DNA of 64,000 nt from Paraspadella gotoi. Taxonomy: Eukaryota > Animalia > Chaetognatha. Below, one piece after another: positions 1 to 13,288 of this stretch. The DNA is taken from positions 2,166,481-2,230,480 of the forward strand of contig CM119264.1 in the NCBI GenBank assembly GCA_051294375.1. Direction: 5' to 3'. Below the pieces are notes generated by a model that was given only the letters and a program-made list of their open reading frames with translations, did not search any database and was not told where the DNA came from. The position numbers and the translations under genes were made by a program. Position 1 is the first letter of the stretch; every line of letters begins with the position of its first letter.

Positions 1-557
1 TCATGGAGGTCTTCTTTCCAGATTGCCGGCGCATGCTAATGAAAAAATTCGCCCAACTTATTCACTCTCTCTCTCGAGCGATGATCTTCTTCTTTTCCCC
101 CTTTTCTTTTTACTCTTCTTCTTCTTCTTCTTCTTTTCTTCCTTCTTCCGAGCAGAATAACCTTTTCACTCTTTATCCTTCCAACGAGGCCTCTCGCGGG
201 CGATGGAGTTAGGCTCGATCCGGGCCGCGTTGAATCAAGACGGATTTTCGAGACGTGACTTTTCTCGAAAAGCGAGAAGCGGCGCTTGTGCGTAGAAAAC
301 AAAAGACTCGTTCCAGAGATGAACGAGGAAAGGGAAAGAATTTGCAAGACTTGCCAGGAGGGCGTCGAACAGGAAAAATATTAAAAATAAGGATCGAAAA
401 TTTACTAGCTATTTATTATGTCTACAACAATTAATCTGCAAAAAAAAAAAAAAAAAAAATAAAATATATATAACTGATGCGAATCAAACAAAGATGCAGT
501 ATTGCATGATTATCAATAACAACAACTGTAAAAGTGAGGCAATGAGGAAAAATAGCC

Positions 558-757
558 TGAGGCGACTTACCACAGGACTCGGTTACAATAACTTTCCTTC
601 CTATGTATTTCGGGCCAGTCGGTCACCAAGGTCACTTTGCCCCATCTTTAGACTGTTTTGTCCTATTAATGTGTCCACTGTCCATTCGGGGCTAAGGCAA
701 AGCGACCGTGGTGACCAACTGACCAAAAACAGAGAAGGTCTGTGGTAAATAGCCTCA
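558..757. mobile_element. MITE-like foldback element (~200 bp, nested imperfect inverted repeats)
   Basis: Outer arms tgaggcgacttaccacagga (558-) / tctgtggtaaatagcctca (-757); inner arms cagtcggtcaccaaggtcactttgcc / ggcaaagcgaccgtggtgaccaactg pair at 23 of 26 positions. No clear TSD. Confidence 0.6.
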
Positions 758-1119
758 CCTCAAAACTAAAAAAAATGTAAAAGGTATAATAATTTGTGAT
801 AAGCGTGTTTGGTCTTCAAAAAAAAGAGGCCTTTTTGAAAGACTCAATAAAAAGAAAACCAGTTTAAATATAAAAAAAAATTTCAAACAAGTTGAAAGAT
901 GTGTCATAGATTAAATCATTTATTAAGTCGCCTCTCATAAAATTGGTCAAACTAAGTCAAGAATGTGTTTTGCTTTTTTTTTTTAAATTGCAATCAATTT
1001 AGCACTAAATTATTTAAAGAAAATACGAAACCGAGTAGTGCTTGTAGTTTGAGAATTAAATTAAGTTTTGTAATTTAAGCAATTTTCTTTTCCATAATTT
1101 TGAACTTAATTTATTCCAA

Positions 1120-4100
1120 TTAAGCAACATCGGATTTTTTTCTCCGTAAGGCCTCCATTTCCTCCGCCGGTTCTTTACAACCCAGATGATCCGGATGATC
1201 CGGATGATCCGGAGGATCCGTATCATCGACATGATGATCCAAATGATCCCAATTTCTTTTCCGCGCTTCGACGAAAACGCCTGAGCCAAATTTTAAAAAT
1301 AATTAACTAATACTATTAACTTTTAGTCTTAGCTTTTTTTGATGCTCGTGTATGTGCTGAATCAACCTTGTTGAATTCGAAATAAAACGCATATTATCTT
1401 CGTCTAGAAGGGACTGACCCAAATAGATGAGAGAGGCCGGGACGGCGCAGACGATGACTAGGATGTGGACGAGAAAGTGATATCGCTCCATGTCGTAGAG
1501 GAAGCACTGCTTGAGCGAGCCACATTGTACCTTCCACACTCGACACGTGGAGTCGATGAGGGGACCGATCAAAAACGCAGAAAATCCCCCACTCAACAGG
1601 GAATTGGAAATGTTGCCCAGACCCGTGGCGATGGCCTTTTGTCCGTCTTTGATGGCTCGGAACTGGAGAGAGAGAGAGAGATTAAGAGCGGGGGGAAGAG
1701 GCGGAAGTCTCTAGTTTCCGTCCAACCTTCAGAGAGACAAAGATTCAATTTACCTTGGTGAGCGTCTCGCTGATTTCGTTGGAATTCCCGACGATGGCCC
1801 AGACGCAAATGACGACGACGTAGACGACGCTGTTGACGCAAAAGGCTCGATCGCAATATCCTAATTTGGCGTCGAAGGGAAACGCGTCTTCGTCGTGGAT
1901 CGAGGATTCGACGCACGAACAATTGGAGAAAAACGTTTCCTCTCCCTTTTTAACATTTTATTTAAATTTTTTTTATAAAACTTAAGCTGAAAAAATCTAC
2001 TAATTGTGTACGACTAGAATACAATAAGTCAAATAATACAAAAATTAAATTAACTAAAATAACCGAGAACCAAGATCGACTTCCCGTCTTCCGCCATCGG
2101 CCATCTAACCTCAAAAACCTTGTTCCGGCATCCGGCGTGGCACGGAGTGAAGAAGGATCTTCCGTCACGGACGCAGACCGGAGCGAAGGCCTCTTGGCCG
2201 CAACGGCAATCTGCGTTGCACGACGTCGTCATGTTCGTCTCTTTCGACGCGAGAAGAGAATCGATGGGAGCCTGGCCGGAAGTCTGGCCTTTAGTCGTTA
2301 ATTAATTATTAATTCTCAATGTCCCATTTAAATTACCGGCGGACATGTTATGAATATCAAGGCGGCGACGGTGCAAACAACGACGACTTTGGTGAGCAGG
2401 AAGTGGACGACCATCGCGGGCGGTTTCAGGTTGAATCTTCGAATGAGGCATCCGTTGAAGATGTTGCCGAAGATACCGCCGGCGGCCGCCGTCAAGGCGA
2501 TGAAAAGCGTTGCTTGCCAAGCGGTGTAGCCAAACTGGAACAGGGAAATCTCGCTCGCTATGAGTGCGACTCTCTCTCGATCGTTCTTTCTCTTTCACTG
2601 TATTTCACCTGATGTTCTAAGGTTTTGGGCAAAAACAACCAGATGCCGGCGCCACCCAAACTGGCGACCAGTTTACTCAAGTAACAACAAAGATACATTC
2701 GATTTTTCAGCAATTTCCAAATTTCCTTGAAAAAATCGACCACAACGAAGCAGACATTTTTTCTTTTTTCCACGAGACTCTTTTTCCTTAAATAAAATTA
2801 AAATTAATTAAAATGAATAATTATTCCTAAATCGTTTTCGATTTAAGTTTTACAAAGCAGCCAAAAAACCTGGGTTTCCACCCATAGGGGTGTTCCGGAA
2901 ATAGAAACATGGGGATGGAGGCGGCCAAGAGTAACGGGCCGAAGACGACGTCGCAGATCCACCAAGCGCCAATGAACTGAGGGTCCTTGGGAGAGAGGCC
3001 AGCGAAGGCGTCGTCCAAAGCGATCGTCGAAAGGTAAGCGCCCAACGGCATGCCCACCATCTGGGGGAACGGGAGGATGGGGGAGGAATTATTTGCTTGA
3101 TAACGTTTTACATTCACTATTTAAGACTTTTCAGTCGGCCATATTTTTCCACGCTTTTCATTACGCGAAATAGGAAAAAGAACACCGGTAAGAATTAAAC
3201 AAAAATGTCTTCCAAAACCCACCCTAAAGTCTAAACCCTTATCACCCCTAATCTTAACCTCGCCTAACCCATAACTACCTTTAACACTCGCCACCCCAAA
3301 CCCTATTTACCCTTGACCTTAATCACCCTTAAACCCCTTTAAGTTTAACCCTGACCAAAAAAAAACAAACCCACTGGGTAGGTTTCGGTCGGCGAAAGTA
3401 AAATTATGCCAATTGGCAATCATATTACCGGACCAAGGGTGGCGCCGACGCGAAAGTAAGTCTGATAAATGGCGGACTCTGTGTGTTTCAAGTGATTGTC
3501 CATGTAAGGAACGATTAGGATCGAGAAGACTGGAGACACGAGGCTCTTGACGATTCCGGTGCAGGCGAAGAGAATCATCTCGGGCGAGAGGCTGCGGCGC
3601 GCTGAGGAATCGCGGGGGCTAAAAATAGATTCTTTCCAGACAAAAGAGATATGATTGGAGAATCATGGGGTCATTGGGTCACCTGGTTCGTCTAATGTCG
3701 CGTTGAGTCCTCGAGACAAACATCGACGCTCTCTCTCTGCAAAGGATCCTTCGTTATGACAGGTTGGCAGATTTTCGTCGTACACGAATCTCAAAGCGGA
3801 CGACACGTCGGAGGCGCCGCCTCTGCCGGCGCCGTAGAAATAAGGCACCACCTGGAATCAAAGAGGAAATGTAACGGAATTGTAAAAGTTAACAAAGCCG
3901 ATATTACATCGCATTCATCAAACTTAATAAATAATACCAGTACATCTCGATGATTATGAACCTTTCAGTCAGTAAAGAGCCTTTACAAGTTACGAGTATT
4001 GAAACCTGAACGAGGGTAGCGACTCCGCAGAAGAAGGTTGAGACGGCGATGGCGCGAGGAACGTGAATTCTCTTTGAGAAGAACATGACGACGACGAGGC

Positions 4101-4563
4101 CGATGGCGTAAGCCGCGCCCATCATCAGCCCGAAAACTGAAAGACAAGCCAAACTTTTTCTCTGCCCTTTGTTGGAAGCTTTCACCTCTCTCTTTCTCTT
4201 TTCCCTCATCCAATCTGTGAAAATTTCACAAATTATTTGGCGCTGAGAAAAACTAACAACCGAGCAGAAACGTTTTTGGTTTGTTTTTGTTTTCTCTTTT
4301 TCAATTAAATTTTCGAAGTATGTTAAACAAAAATTTTTCTTGTCTCTATAATATAGTCTATATATTAGCTATAACATATAAATAATTAAATATGCCGCCT
4401 CACCGGTGACCTCCTGGGCGGAGAATCCAAAGGCCTTCTCGTAAGTGGTGAGCAGCGCGTAACCGCAGGTCATGGCGCCGACTAAGGAAGCGATGATGAC
4501 GCAGGTCAACGCGCAAAACGCATCGATGCTCGCCCACTTTTTCTCTGACGAACACAACGCCAT
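1120..4563 (-). CDS. Organic anion transporting polypeptide (OATP/SLCO family), multi-exon
   Basis: Spliced exons give LLTTYEKAFGFS, PYMDNHLKHTESAIY, LSPKDPQFIGAWW, Kazal-like CNADCRC..FAPVC..FFTPCHAGC and GPLIDSTCRVW..CG....CFLYD, all OATP hallmarks. Last exon (phase 1 from ~1281) ends ...RRKKSDVA* at 1120. Confidence 0.9.
3213..3356. repeat. Degenerate CCCTAA-like (telomere-like) tandem repeat in an OATP intron
   Basis: Run of variants ccctaa/cctaac/ccctta/ccctga/aaccct over ~140 bp. Confidence 0.55.
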
Positions 4564-6208
4564 CGTCGCCGATTGCGAAAATGATCACAATTAACTAAAT
4601 GAAGGTTGACTAGAAAAAAAAAACCCAGGTTTTTTTGTTTTTTTGCTGGGCTAAGGAAGAAGTCCGTTCGGAAACTTTAAACCGAGTGCAGACCTTGTAA
4701 AGGTTTTTAGGTTGGTTGCTCAGAACAAACAGCGAAACTAGAGAGAAACTAGTTTTTTTTTTCCTTTCCCCTTTTCCTCAAACCCGAGGCTAATCTGGTT
4801 AAAAAGAAAAGGGAAGACTCCGTTGGTAATTTGTCATCGTCCGCTCCTTGATCCCGAGCGAGTTTAGACAAGGCGAAAGGTACTCGGTTTCTTTCGAAGC
4901 TCGAGCGTTCAGATTGGCGATAAACAGTGGCAAATACAAATATAGTTCAGTGATAACTTAAATTTCGGAATGCTTATTGTCAATTTATCAACGCCCACTT
5001 ATCTTCGAATTTCTTAACCTTTGTCCTGTTTTTCTTTTTCCTATCTCACCAATCCTCTTCGAGTTCTCTTTCCAAATTATTACACTCTGTTAGTATTGTA
5101 TGTTTATCTATCTGAGCAAATGTTTGCGGTTTCCCCTGCTATTGAAAATAGGATGGGATAATAATAATAATAAATCGTCAAGCTTGGAGCCAATTTCTTA
5201 ATAATTGGTTGAATAACTAAAATTGTCAAAAAGTTAAAGCTAACATTAAACCTAAAATTTAATTCATTTATGCTTTCTAGCTTTATAATCTTATTTCTAT
5301 TTCATTTCTCTCTTATCCAACCTAAGAAAACACCCATTCGGTATATAGCTAATTTAAACAGGTTCTTGATTAACTTTCAAGACGGTCCAATCCCGAAAAA
5401 ACCGATGTCTAATAAATAAGAATTTTAATAAAAATCACGTAAACGGAAAAAAAAAAAAAAACTTCATACATTGAAGTGAATGCTTAACTGAAAAGCAACA
5501 CTAAATTCATGATCACTCATTGCGAAAAATGCGGCGGAATTATTCGAAAGTTCGCCAAATTCACGACTCAAATTCAAGTCTCAAAGTGAAAAAATGGAAT
5601 CCTAAAAAAATGAAATGAGAGGAATTTCTCCTGACGAACGATCGAATTGATTTCAGCTTCGATATACGAATGGCTTTTTTTTATTTAAAAACAAACGATA
5701 TAATAGGCATCGGGTATGGCGGCAATAAATTTCATGTCGTCTAAAAAAAATATCACATGACATTTCGTTACATGATACCGATAGAGGGAATTTTTTTTTT
5801 TTTTTGCAAGCGATAGGAGTTAGAAGTTTGGCTTTTAAAATTATTATAGAATTAGTTACCCATGTAGTGCACGCTTCCTTTATTGCAAAGTGGCTAACAT
5901 TAAGATTCGGAATTAAAATTAAAGTAAATGAGTTTAAAAGAAAAAGATTCAAAGTTGAACTTAATAAAAAATCGGCGGAAAGGCGTGCCCTAAATCTAGT
6001 GCAAGGCAACAAAAATGAAATGGAGAAACTATACCTAAGGAAAAGAAAAGAGTAAACTCTCTCCTATACGTCGTATTACTAAAGGAACGGAGCAATAATA
6101 CCTATCGTTAATGCATCATGTACCAACGGACGTGACCAATAAAGTCTCACCATGTACTAAGTTTAAAACAAACTAAGCGCTCTTTTGACACGCGCGAGCC
6201 AGAGTCGC

Positions 6209-9200
6209 TCAAACGAACTGATAGTTGTCTCTGATCCCCGCCCCGCCCGAAGATTTGTTGCCTAGTAACGGGGACGCATCCGGGCCAGATGCGCGGGCGA
6301 AGGGCGACTTGCCCGTCCTCATCGCCATCACCACGTCGTCGACTGTGAAAAGGTTTCTCCAGTCCAAACCTGAGAAGAAAAGGGGAATTTATTATTAATA
6401 TATAATCATACATATTTGATAATTTCATTAATAATTAATTAACAAAAAAGTCCTTTTTATAATTCAGATATAAAATAAATATAAAATGAAGGAAAGCACC
6501 TTGAGCCCTGCAAAACGGAGGAATCCTCCAATCCATGAGATCTATAAGATTTTTGCAAATTCCACGACTGCAAAAAAAAAAATAATAATGATATTACCTT
6601 TTAATATTTGAGTTTAAATATACTATACAATATACATACTGAAACGGATTGATCGTTTCTCCAGTTTTTTCGCCGTGAAAGTGTTTATAGCGATTAATGT
6701 TCAGTCTTTCATTCGTAGTGAGCCCAAGCCACATTACCTGAATAAAAGGAATGCATGAACGAAATGTCATATTCATAAAATATAAGGCTTTGAATCTTTG
6801 ACTCACTTGGTAAAGTTGACACAACAACAAGGTGAACACCCAAAGTGTATGAAGAACTGCATTAAAATAAATCCAGGCCACCCAAGGAGATGATGTCATC
6901 AAAATACCGATGGTAACAAACGCTCCATCTTGGTGAAAGTTGAAAACTGTAAAATGAAAAAAACCGTAAAAATATATAATATGCATCCCTAGATTTAAAA
7001 AAAAGTAAACGGAAGTAACAAACTACGCAAAACTACTGGAAGTGGTAGAACTGAAGTCTGAAGTCTCCTTTTTTAATCCTTAAACGGCGGAACGACTCGA
7101 ATATAGAACCGGCAGCGGCAGGAGCTGCAGGAATTCTGGCAGCTGCATTCACAATCGCGGAGCTGTGAGTCACCAAAGCCTCATTCTTGAAAACATCACC
7201 GACGTACATGGAAGTGTCATAATGCACAAAAAAAAACAACTTTTTGTACGTGCCATCAAAATTTCACCCAAAATTTGTGAAATAAACGCAAATTAAAAAA
7301 TCCATCCCTAACTACACAAACGAATAACAAACAAGGATACAACTAGAAAACTCTCCCCGTCGACACAAGTCATTGATTCGATTAAGAACTTCCTGCCCTA
7401 TTAGCAACTTTAGCAATGGCAAAAAGATTCGGAAAACGCCACAACGACAAAAACTCCTCGTCGACTCAGAAAGAAGAAACGGCATCGTCTCCCCGCGCGA
7501 CGAGAAAAAGCGTCACCATTTTGGGTCATCGACTGGAAAACTGGGACGCGGGTCAAGTCTTCCTCCTCGGCGTCTCCGCGGTCATCATCCTCGGCATCTT
7601 CCTTTATCACGGATTCAAAGCGGAGTCTCTTCTATACTCGCTCGGTGTCTTGCTCGCCGCTAAAACCAGGATATGACGAGAGTCAAAACGATGGTGGCGC
7701 TGTTTTTCGCGCTCGTCGTCGTCGTCGATTACATCAAGGGCGAAGGATACGAAAAATTCCATTTATTTCTTCGACTAAAACGCGCGGTGGAAGAAAACGA
7801 TAGAGAGCGAGTGAGGACGCTACTGATGGAAGGGGCCGATCCGAATATAGCCATGAATAACGGTATCACGGTTAAGATAAGAATCACGACTACTTTCTAT
7901 CATTCTTCTTATGATAAATTTTTTATTCAATAAATGTACAACAATAATATTACTAATTTTCTTTAGTTTACAATGTTATTCTTTCAACGAAAGCCCACTC
8001 AGAAATAGAACCGCAAACGCTGTTGGGAATCGCAGTTAGACAAAGTTCCGAAGGTGAGGAACGAAGATAGAAGTGTAACTTTGTAACAAGCGCTTAGCTA
8101 CAATATTCATGTTCTTTTGTTTTCTAATTTTTGATGGAAGCTATTTTACGATTACTGCTAACGGGAGAAGCTAAACCGGATGAACCGATCGACTCTGAAG
8201 GACGCAGACCTCTGCACGCGGCCATCGACCGGGGAAATCTTGGCATAGTCAAAGTAGGCTTAAAGAAAATTTCACTTCACAAACCAAGTGTTACATGGTA
8301 TTTTAATTAGGCATTGGTGAATCGAGGGGCAGATATACACGTGAGATGGGAGGGAGAAACTCTGCTTCATCACGCAATTTCTGGGCATCAAGTGGAAATG
8401 GTCGAATTACTTCTTAAATCAGGAGTCGATCCTCAAATCAAGTATACCATGATTTTTAAATACAATAAACTAAATAATAAATAAGAAATTTGATTAAAGG
8501 GACGACGACGGTAAAGACGCCTTAGAAGCCAGTCGATCAGCATGGTGTCGTGGATGCGAAATATCTGTCCTCGAAATGTCTGAAGTATTATGAATAAACA
8601 ATAGGCAACTTGGGTATTCGAAAAAATATTTCTTAAGAATTGAGGTTTAGTTTCAGGGAATAGAAATTACAAAATAGTTATAAGGGTTTTTTCTTATTTT
8701 TTTTGAGAAGAAAAATGAATTGGTGTTCGGAGAAAGACTACGCACAGATCGAAAAATGGCGCGGAAAGATAAACAGGTATAAGAAGTCAGTTCGACCATT
8801 GATCGAAAAAAAATTTTACAAGATATTATCGTTTCGCCAAAAAAAAAACAAACAAACAAAAACAAAAAAAAACAAACAGGGGCGCGCCTCTGGGCGGGAG
8901 AATAGGTTACATGAAAGATCGCGACACGTATTTGGCGAGAATTTCTCCACACTACTTGCAGCCAACGCTGCCGAAGAGTCAATGGATGGTAAAGAAGACA
9001 TCAATAGATATAAAATATAATGGCTTAAATTGTCTTATCCCCGCGAGTCAGATGGGAAAGCACGGTCCGTATCCGGGAGTTTGCTACGGGGACAGAAATC
9101 AAGAGCCTAAGCGGATCCTCAACGATGGAGATTGCGCCATCAAACCGCGTCGTCTTTACGACGAAGCTTACGACAACAAATGGACCAAGGTTTCAAATTG

Positions 9201-12200
9201 ACCGCAACTGGTGATAACGAAGGATGATAACCCAAAGTTATTTCGCCACCAAGTACGAAATAAGCGATCCGCGAACCTTCGGAGATCGAATCTTCTTGGA
9301 GCAAAGAAAGGATTGGATTGAACGAACGATTTTGAAGAAACCCCCGCCGAAAAGACTCAGGTCAGCGAAAGACAACGAGTCAGAGAAGACAGCGCAAAAC
9401 CATAGAATTTAACCTCAATGTTTTACTTCAGAGGAAAAAAGTGTCCTCCGTTTCCAGCGGCCAACGTGGATTGCTGTCTTTGGACCTCTCCATTGCAGCC
9501 TGACCACAAGCTGATCACCTGGTACGATCAGGAGAAAAACAGGATTAACAGCGTAAGATTCGTAAAATTTAAACGGCAAACAATTCGAAAAATGTCTCAA
9601 AGAAATCTTTATTTCTCGTCAGCTGAATTTGATGAGCGGTTTACAATCGCTAAAAGACTTCAACATCAGCAAAAAAGATCACAACGTCCTTCAGGTTTGA
9701 CTCGCAAAGAATAAACTATAAAGATATCTCTTCTTCGTAAACAAATTCGTTTTTTATTCTATGGCGGACTTAGGACGAGAAAAACTACTACTGCGAAATG
9801 CTGATGAGGGCCGGAGACGAAGTTTACGGAATTCCAGGTAACACTATTCCGCAGATTTTCACATTCAGAACAAAAAAAAATCGAATTCGTAAAATAAATT
9901 AATTAATAATCCATTTGACTAAAAGACGGAACTCTCCGGATTCACTCGAACGAGATCGGAGAGGATAAGGACAAGGACAGATGGAAGAAGCGATCCATTT
10001 ACAAGAATCCCACCCTAAACCAAAAGAAGAAAGACCCTTGCGCCTCGGATTGGGTCGACCCCAACAAGAGTGAGAAAACCATCCGGTCTCCATCATTTTC
10101 CAATCACCATCGCCTCACAACTTTCACTAACGTCTTTCCCGGTTTTCAGAAGTGACGAAAATGGTTTGGGCCGAAAAGTGGGTCCATCCGGAAAGAGAGA
10201 AATTCGTCAGCAAAGACCGGACTAACGTGGGACCCAAGCATCCTATTGACCCTTGTGCCTGATTTGCCGATCGAAAATTCATTTTTTCACTCACTGAATC
10301 GATATTGCTGAAATTGGAAATAAACAAGAGAATCAACCAACCTGTTGTATGTCCCCAGTAGACGAAGCACCCGACTTGACACCAGACCAACATTCCAAGC
10401 AAAGTGGCCAAGTAGCCGAGAAAGTATTTGTGATTGTTAGCACCAACGCAGTTGTCCACCTGACAAAAAGGGGGAGGCTTAATTCCGTGAAACGAAGAGA
10501 GATACCGTCAAAGTGACGAGGAACCTTTAAAGAGTCAAATATACTGACCCACGGACAATGGTGGTCGAAGCGTGCGACGCATTTATTGCATACGGAACAA
10601 TGTTTTGAACGCATTGGTCTTCGCAGAATGCACGTGGAACAAAATCCGGAACTGAGGTCGAACTCGTCGCTCTCCGCCATCTCGATGATTGTCTGTTTTA
10701 AGAAATATGTTTTACAAACTTAATTGTAAATTTAAAGGGAAAATGCTTTGCGAAAATTCCTTACCCGATACTTCTGATCTTGAGACACGACGATGAAGCC
10801 TGGATCCATTTTCCACGCTTTCACGAAATTGTAAAGCAGAAACAATGAATTGACGGCAAAACCAATTTTGTAATACGTATACTGCGAAAAACGATTGGGA
10901 CGAACGATATATAAATAACTTCACTATTTATGAACATATCGTGCACTTTTTTTTTTAATGTCCTCTACGTACCTCAGTGAGATCATTCATAAGGGGCCAA
11001 AACCAAAATATCCAGGTCACGTACATCCAGAATTTGGTGGCCAAGTAAATAGCGATGGGAATGGTGGTCGTTACGGAATTGTCGAAAAAGTGGCTGTTAA
11101 TTAATTGAAATAACATCAAGATGCGTATTTATTAGTATTCTAATAATTATTTTTGCAAGCAACTTACTTGGTAACAAGTTTAGAAGCAAGAGCAGTAGCA
11201 ACGAGGCAACCAATTTTCACAAAGTAATTAGTCGATAAATCACAAATGAATCCAATCAGAAAGAACAAAACGAACGGAAAACCAATAATAATCTTTTTGC
11301 GGACTGATTTGTCAGCCTGAAAATGAAAATATAAAGATGATACTGTGGCATCGTAATTCTCTATTCTCCACCCGGTCACGTGATGAACCCCCCCTTACCT
11401 TTAGCCCTGAGCAACAGTTGAGAAAGTTGGTGAAGCAGGAGGAAGATGGGATCCTGCTCGTGCCGTACCGTTCCGATTCGGCTTCTTTCAATTTGCCGAT
11501 CAACCAGTTGTTCTTCTTTTGTTCCGCAATGGCCAACGGAGTTTCCTCTGAAGACCGATTAAAGAATGAGAATAAGGTCTTCCCCAAACACTTATCCTCA
11601 CCCACCCGATTCGACCTTAACCTCACCTTTCATGTTTTCGTGATCCAAGGAGGCCCCATGCTCGAGGAGCAGTGACATGACATTGTGATTGCTCATGGTG
11701 ACGGCCCAGTGGAGCGCAGTGTTCCCGTGGAACTTGTCCGTCAAATGCATATTGGCCTTGAAGGTTAGGAGCAGTCGCGCCGGGTCCGCTCTGGGAAATT
11801 GAGGTTCAAGAAGCTTCAAATGTTGGCATTTAAATTAATTATAAATTTGGTAGTACAAGACTCACGCGAATACGCGGTAGCTGGCCCACATGAGAGCGGT
11901 CATCCCGTTGCGGTCTTGCATGTCCACATCTTGCCCACGCGCCACGAGGTAGGCCACGATGGAGGTGTGCCCGAATTGGGCCGCCAGATGAAGGCAGGAG
12001 CAGCCCTCGCCGTCTCTGGGAATAAATAAACAAAAATTTTGAAAAATAAGCATGATAACATCAGATTTCATTGAGAAAATAGAAGAGGGGTCGGGCTGAA
12101 ACCTGAGGGAAGGGTCGGCTCCATACTGCATGAGCAGAACCACCATGGGAAGGTGTCCCTGACGAGTGGCCCAATGCAAAGGAGTGGAGTTGAGTTCCCC

Positions 12201-12693
12201 TCCGAACCTATCAACGATGGCTCCTTTCGATAGATAGTATCTGGAGGAAAAGACATGATCATGATTACCAGATAATATTTTAAGTTTTAACTTTATTTTC
12301 CACTAGTAAGAACAATAAAAACGAAAAAAATACCCACTTGACAATCTCAATGCGGTTGTTGATAGCTGCCCAGTGGAGCAAGGAAACGTTCTCGTGGTCC
12401 ATCTGGTTGACGTCGTATCTTGGCCCGCCCTCTATCCCATCCACGATCTCCCGGCATCGTTCGAGGACGCCGTACTGCGTCGCTTTGACCAAGTCGAATT
12501 TGGAATAGTCGGGCGGCTCTCCTGCGCCCGCTGTCGACGGCTGCGGCGCCGACTGCTTCACCGACTCGGAGCTCTGACGCTGCGCATCGTCCTTGGCGCG
12601 AGAGGATGAGGAGGAGGCGGCGGCGGGCGGCGCCGCTCGGTCCGTCGACGTCATTTGGGCCTCGTAGTCGTAGTCGGGTTGAATAGGATACAT
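6209..12693 (-). CDS. ZDHHC17: Palmitoyltransferase ZDHHC17/13 (HIP14), ankyrin repeats + DHHC domain
   Basis: Ankyrin exons ([36 protein letters not shown]), DHHC exon [45 protein letters not shown], then after intron 6947-10341 [24 protein letters not shown]; last exon ends IRDNYQFV* (TGA 6209-6211), resembling the vertebrate GYQLV C-terminus. Confidence 0.95.
7416..8593 (+). CDS. Nested gene: N-terminal transmembrane helices + ~4 ankyrin repeats; frameshift/ATGA overlap at 7673-7676
   Basis: Five exons with GT-AG introns: [24 protein letters not shown] / TLLGIAVRQ / [18 protein letters not shown] / [37 protein letters not shown] / [18 protein letters not shown]; AATAAA overlaps the stop. 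Lies inside a ZDHHC17 intron on the opposite strand. Confidence 0.8.
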
Positions 12694-13262
12694 CGTAAAT
12701 CAGGGGGAAGGCGTGTCGATGTGAGAAGCCTTTTTGCTTTTTGTTTTTCTCCTTATGAGCAAGAGTTGGAGACGATTAAGCCGAAAGTGGCGAGCGCCCA
12801 ATAAGGAGATACGCTCGCTCGCTCACTCGCTAGTTTAAATTCAATGCGTCATAATTTTTCAAGGTCGTCGTCGTCTGCGGCGACCAGGGGGCGAGTTTAT
12901 TCGACAAAATCTCATCTTAGCTTTTGAGTGGCGGCTCACGCCAGATCTGAATATATAAAATTCATAAAATATAATAAATAAGATCAACAAGACTTTTGAT
13001 TCAACACCGGTGGTGGTTAAAAAATTCTTGTTGTTACAGAATTTTAAATTCCCCAAAGTGTGTGAATCCTTTTTTTTTAACTTATTAGTACAGGAAAATT
13101 ACGAAAAGTACTATTAAAAAACGTTTGGAAACATTACATATAAAGAAAAGATAAATTAGTTAGGCCAACTTCATATAAATAGTCTGAGGAACAAACATGG
13201 ATCGAAAAAGTTCAAATTAAAGGAAAAAAGGCAAAGCGTTTTTTAATTATTCATTCAGATAT

Positions 13263-13288
13263 GGTGGCGGATTCGAACCCACGTCAGG
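13263..13288 (-). repeat. tRNA-like B-box fragment (SINE/tRNA remnant)
   Basis: Minus strand reads cctgacgtgGGTTCGAATCCgccacc (T-arm/B-box); no D-arm or anticodon arm recognisable. Confidence 0.4.

Noticed and set aside
1-380. ORFs at the window start
   Set aside because: Dominated by a (TTC)n repeat; probably the 5' UTR of a minus-strand gene starting near position 34, which cannot be identified here.
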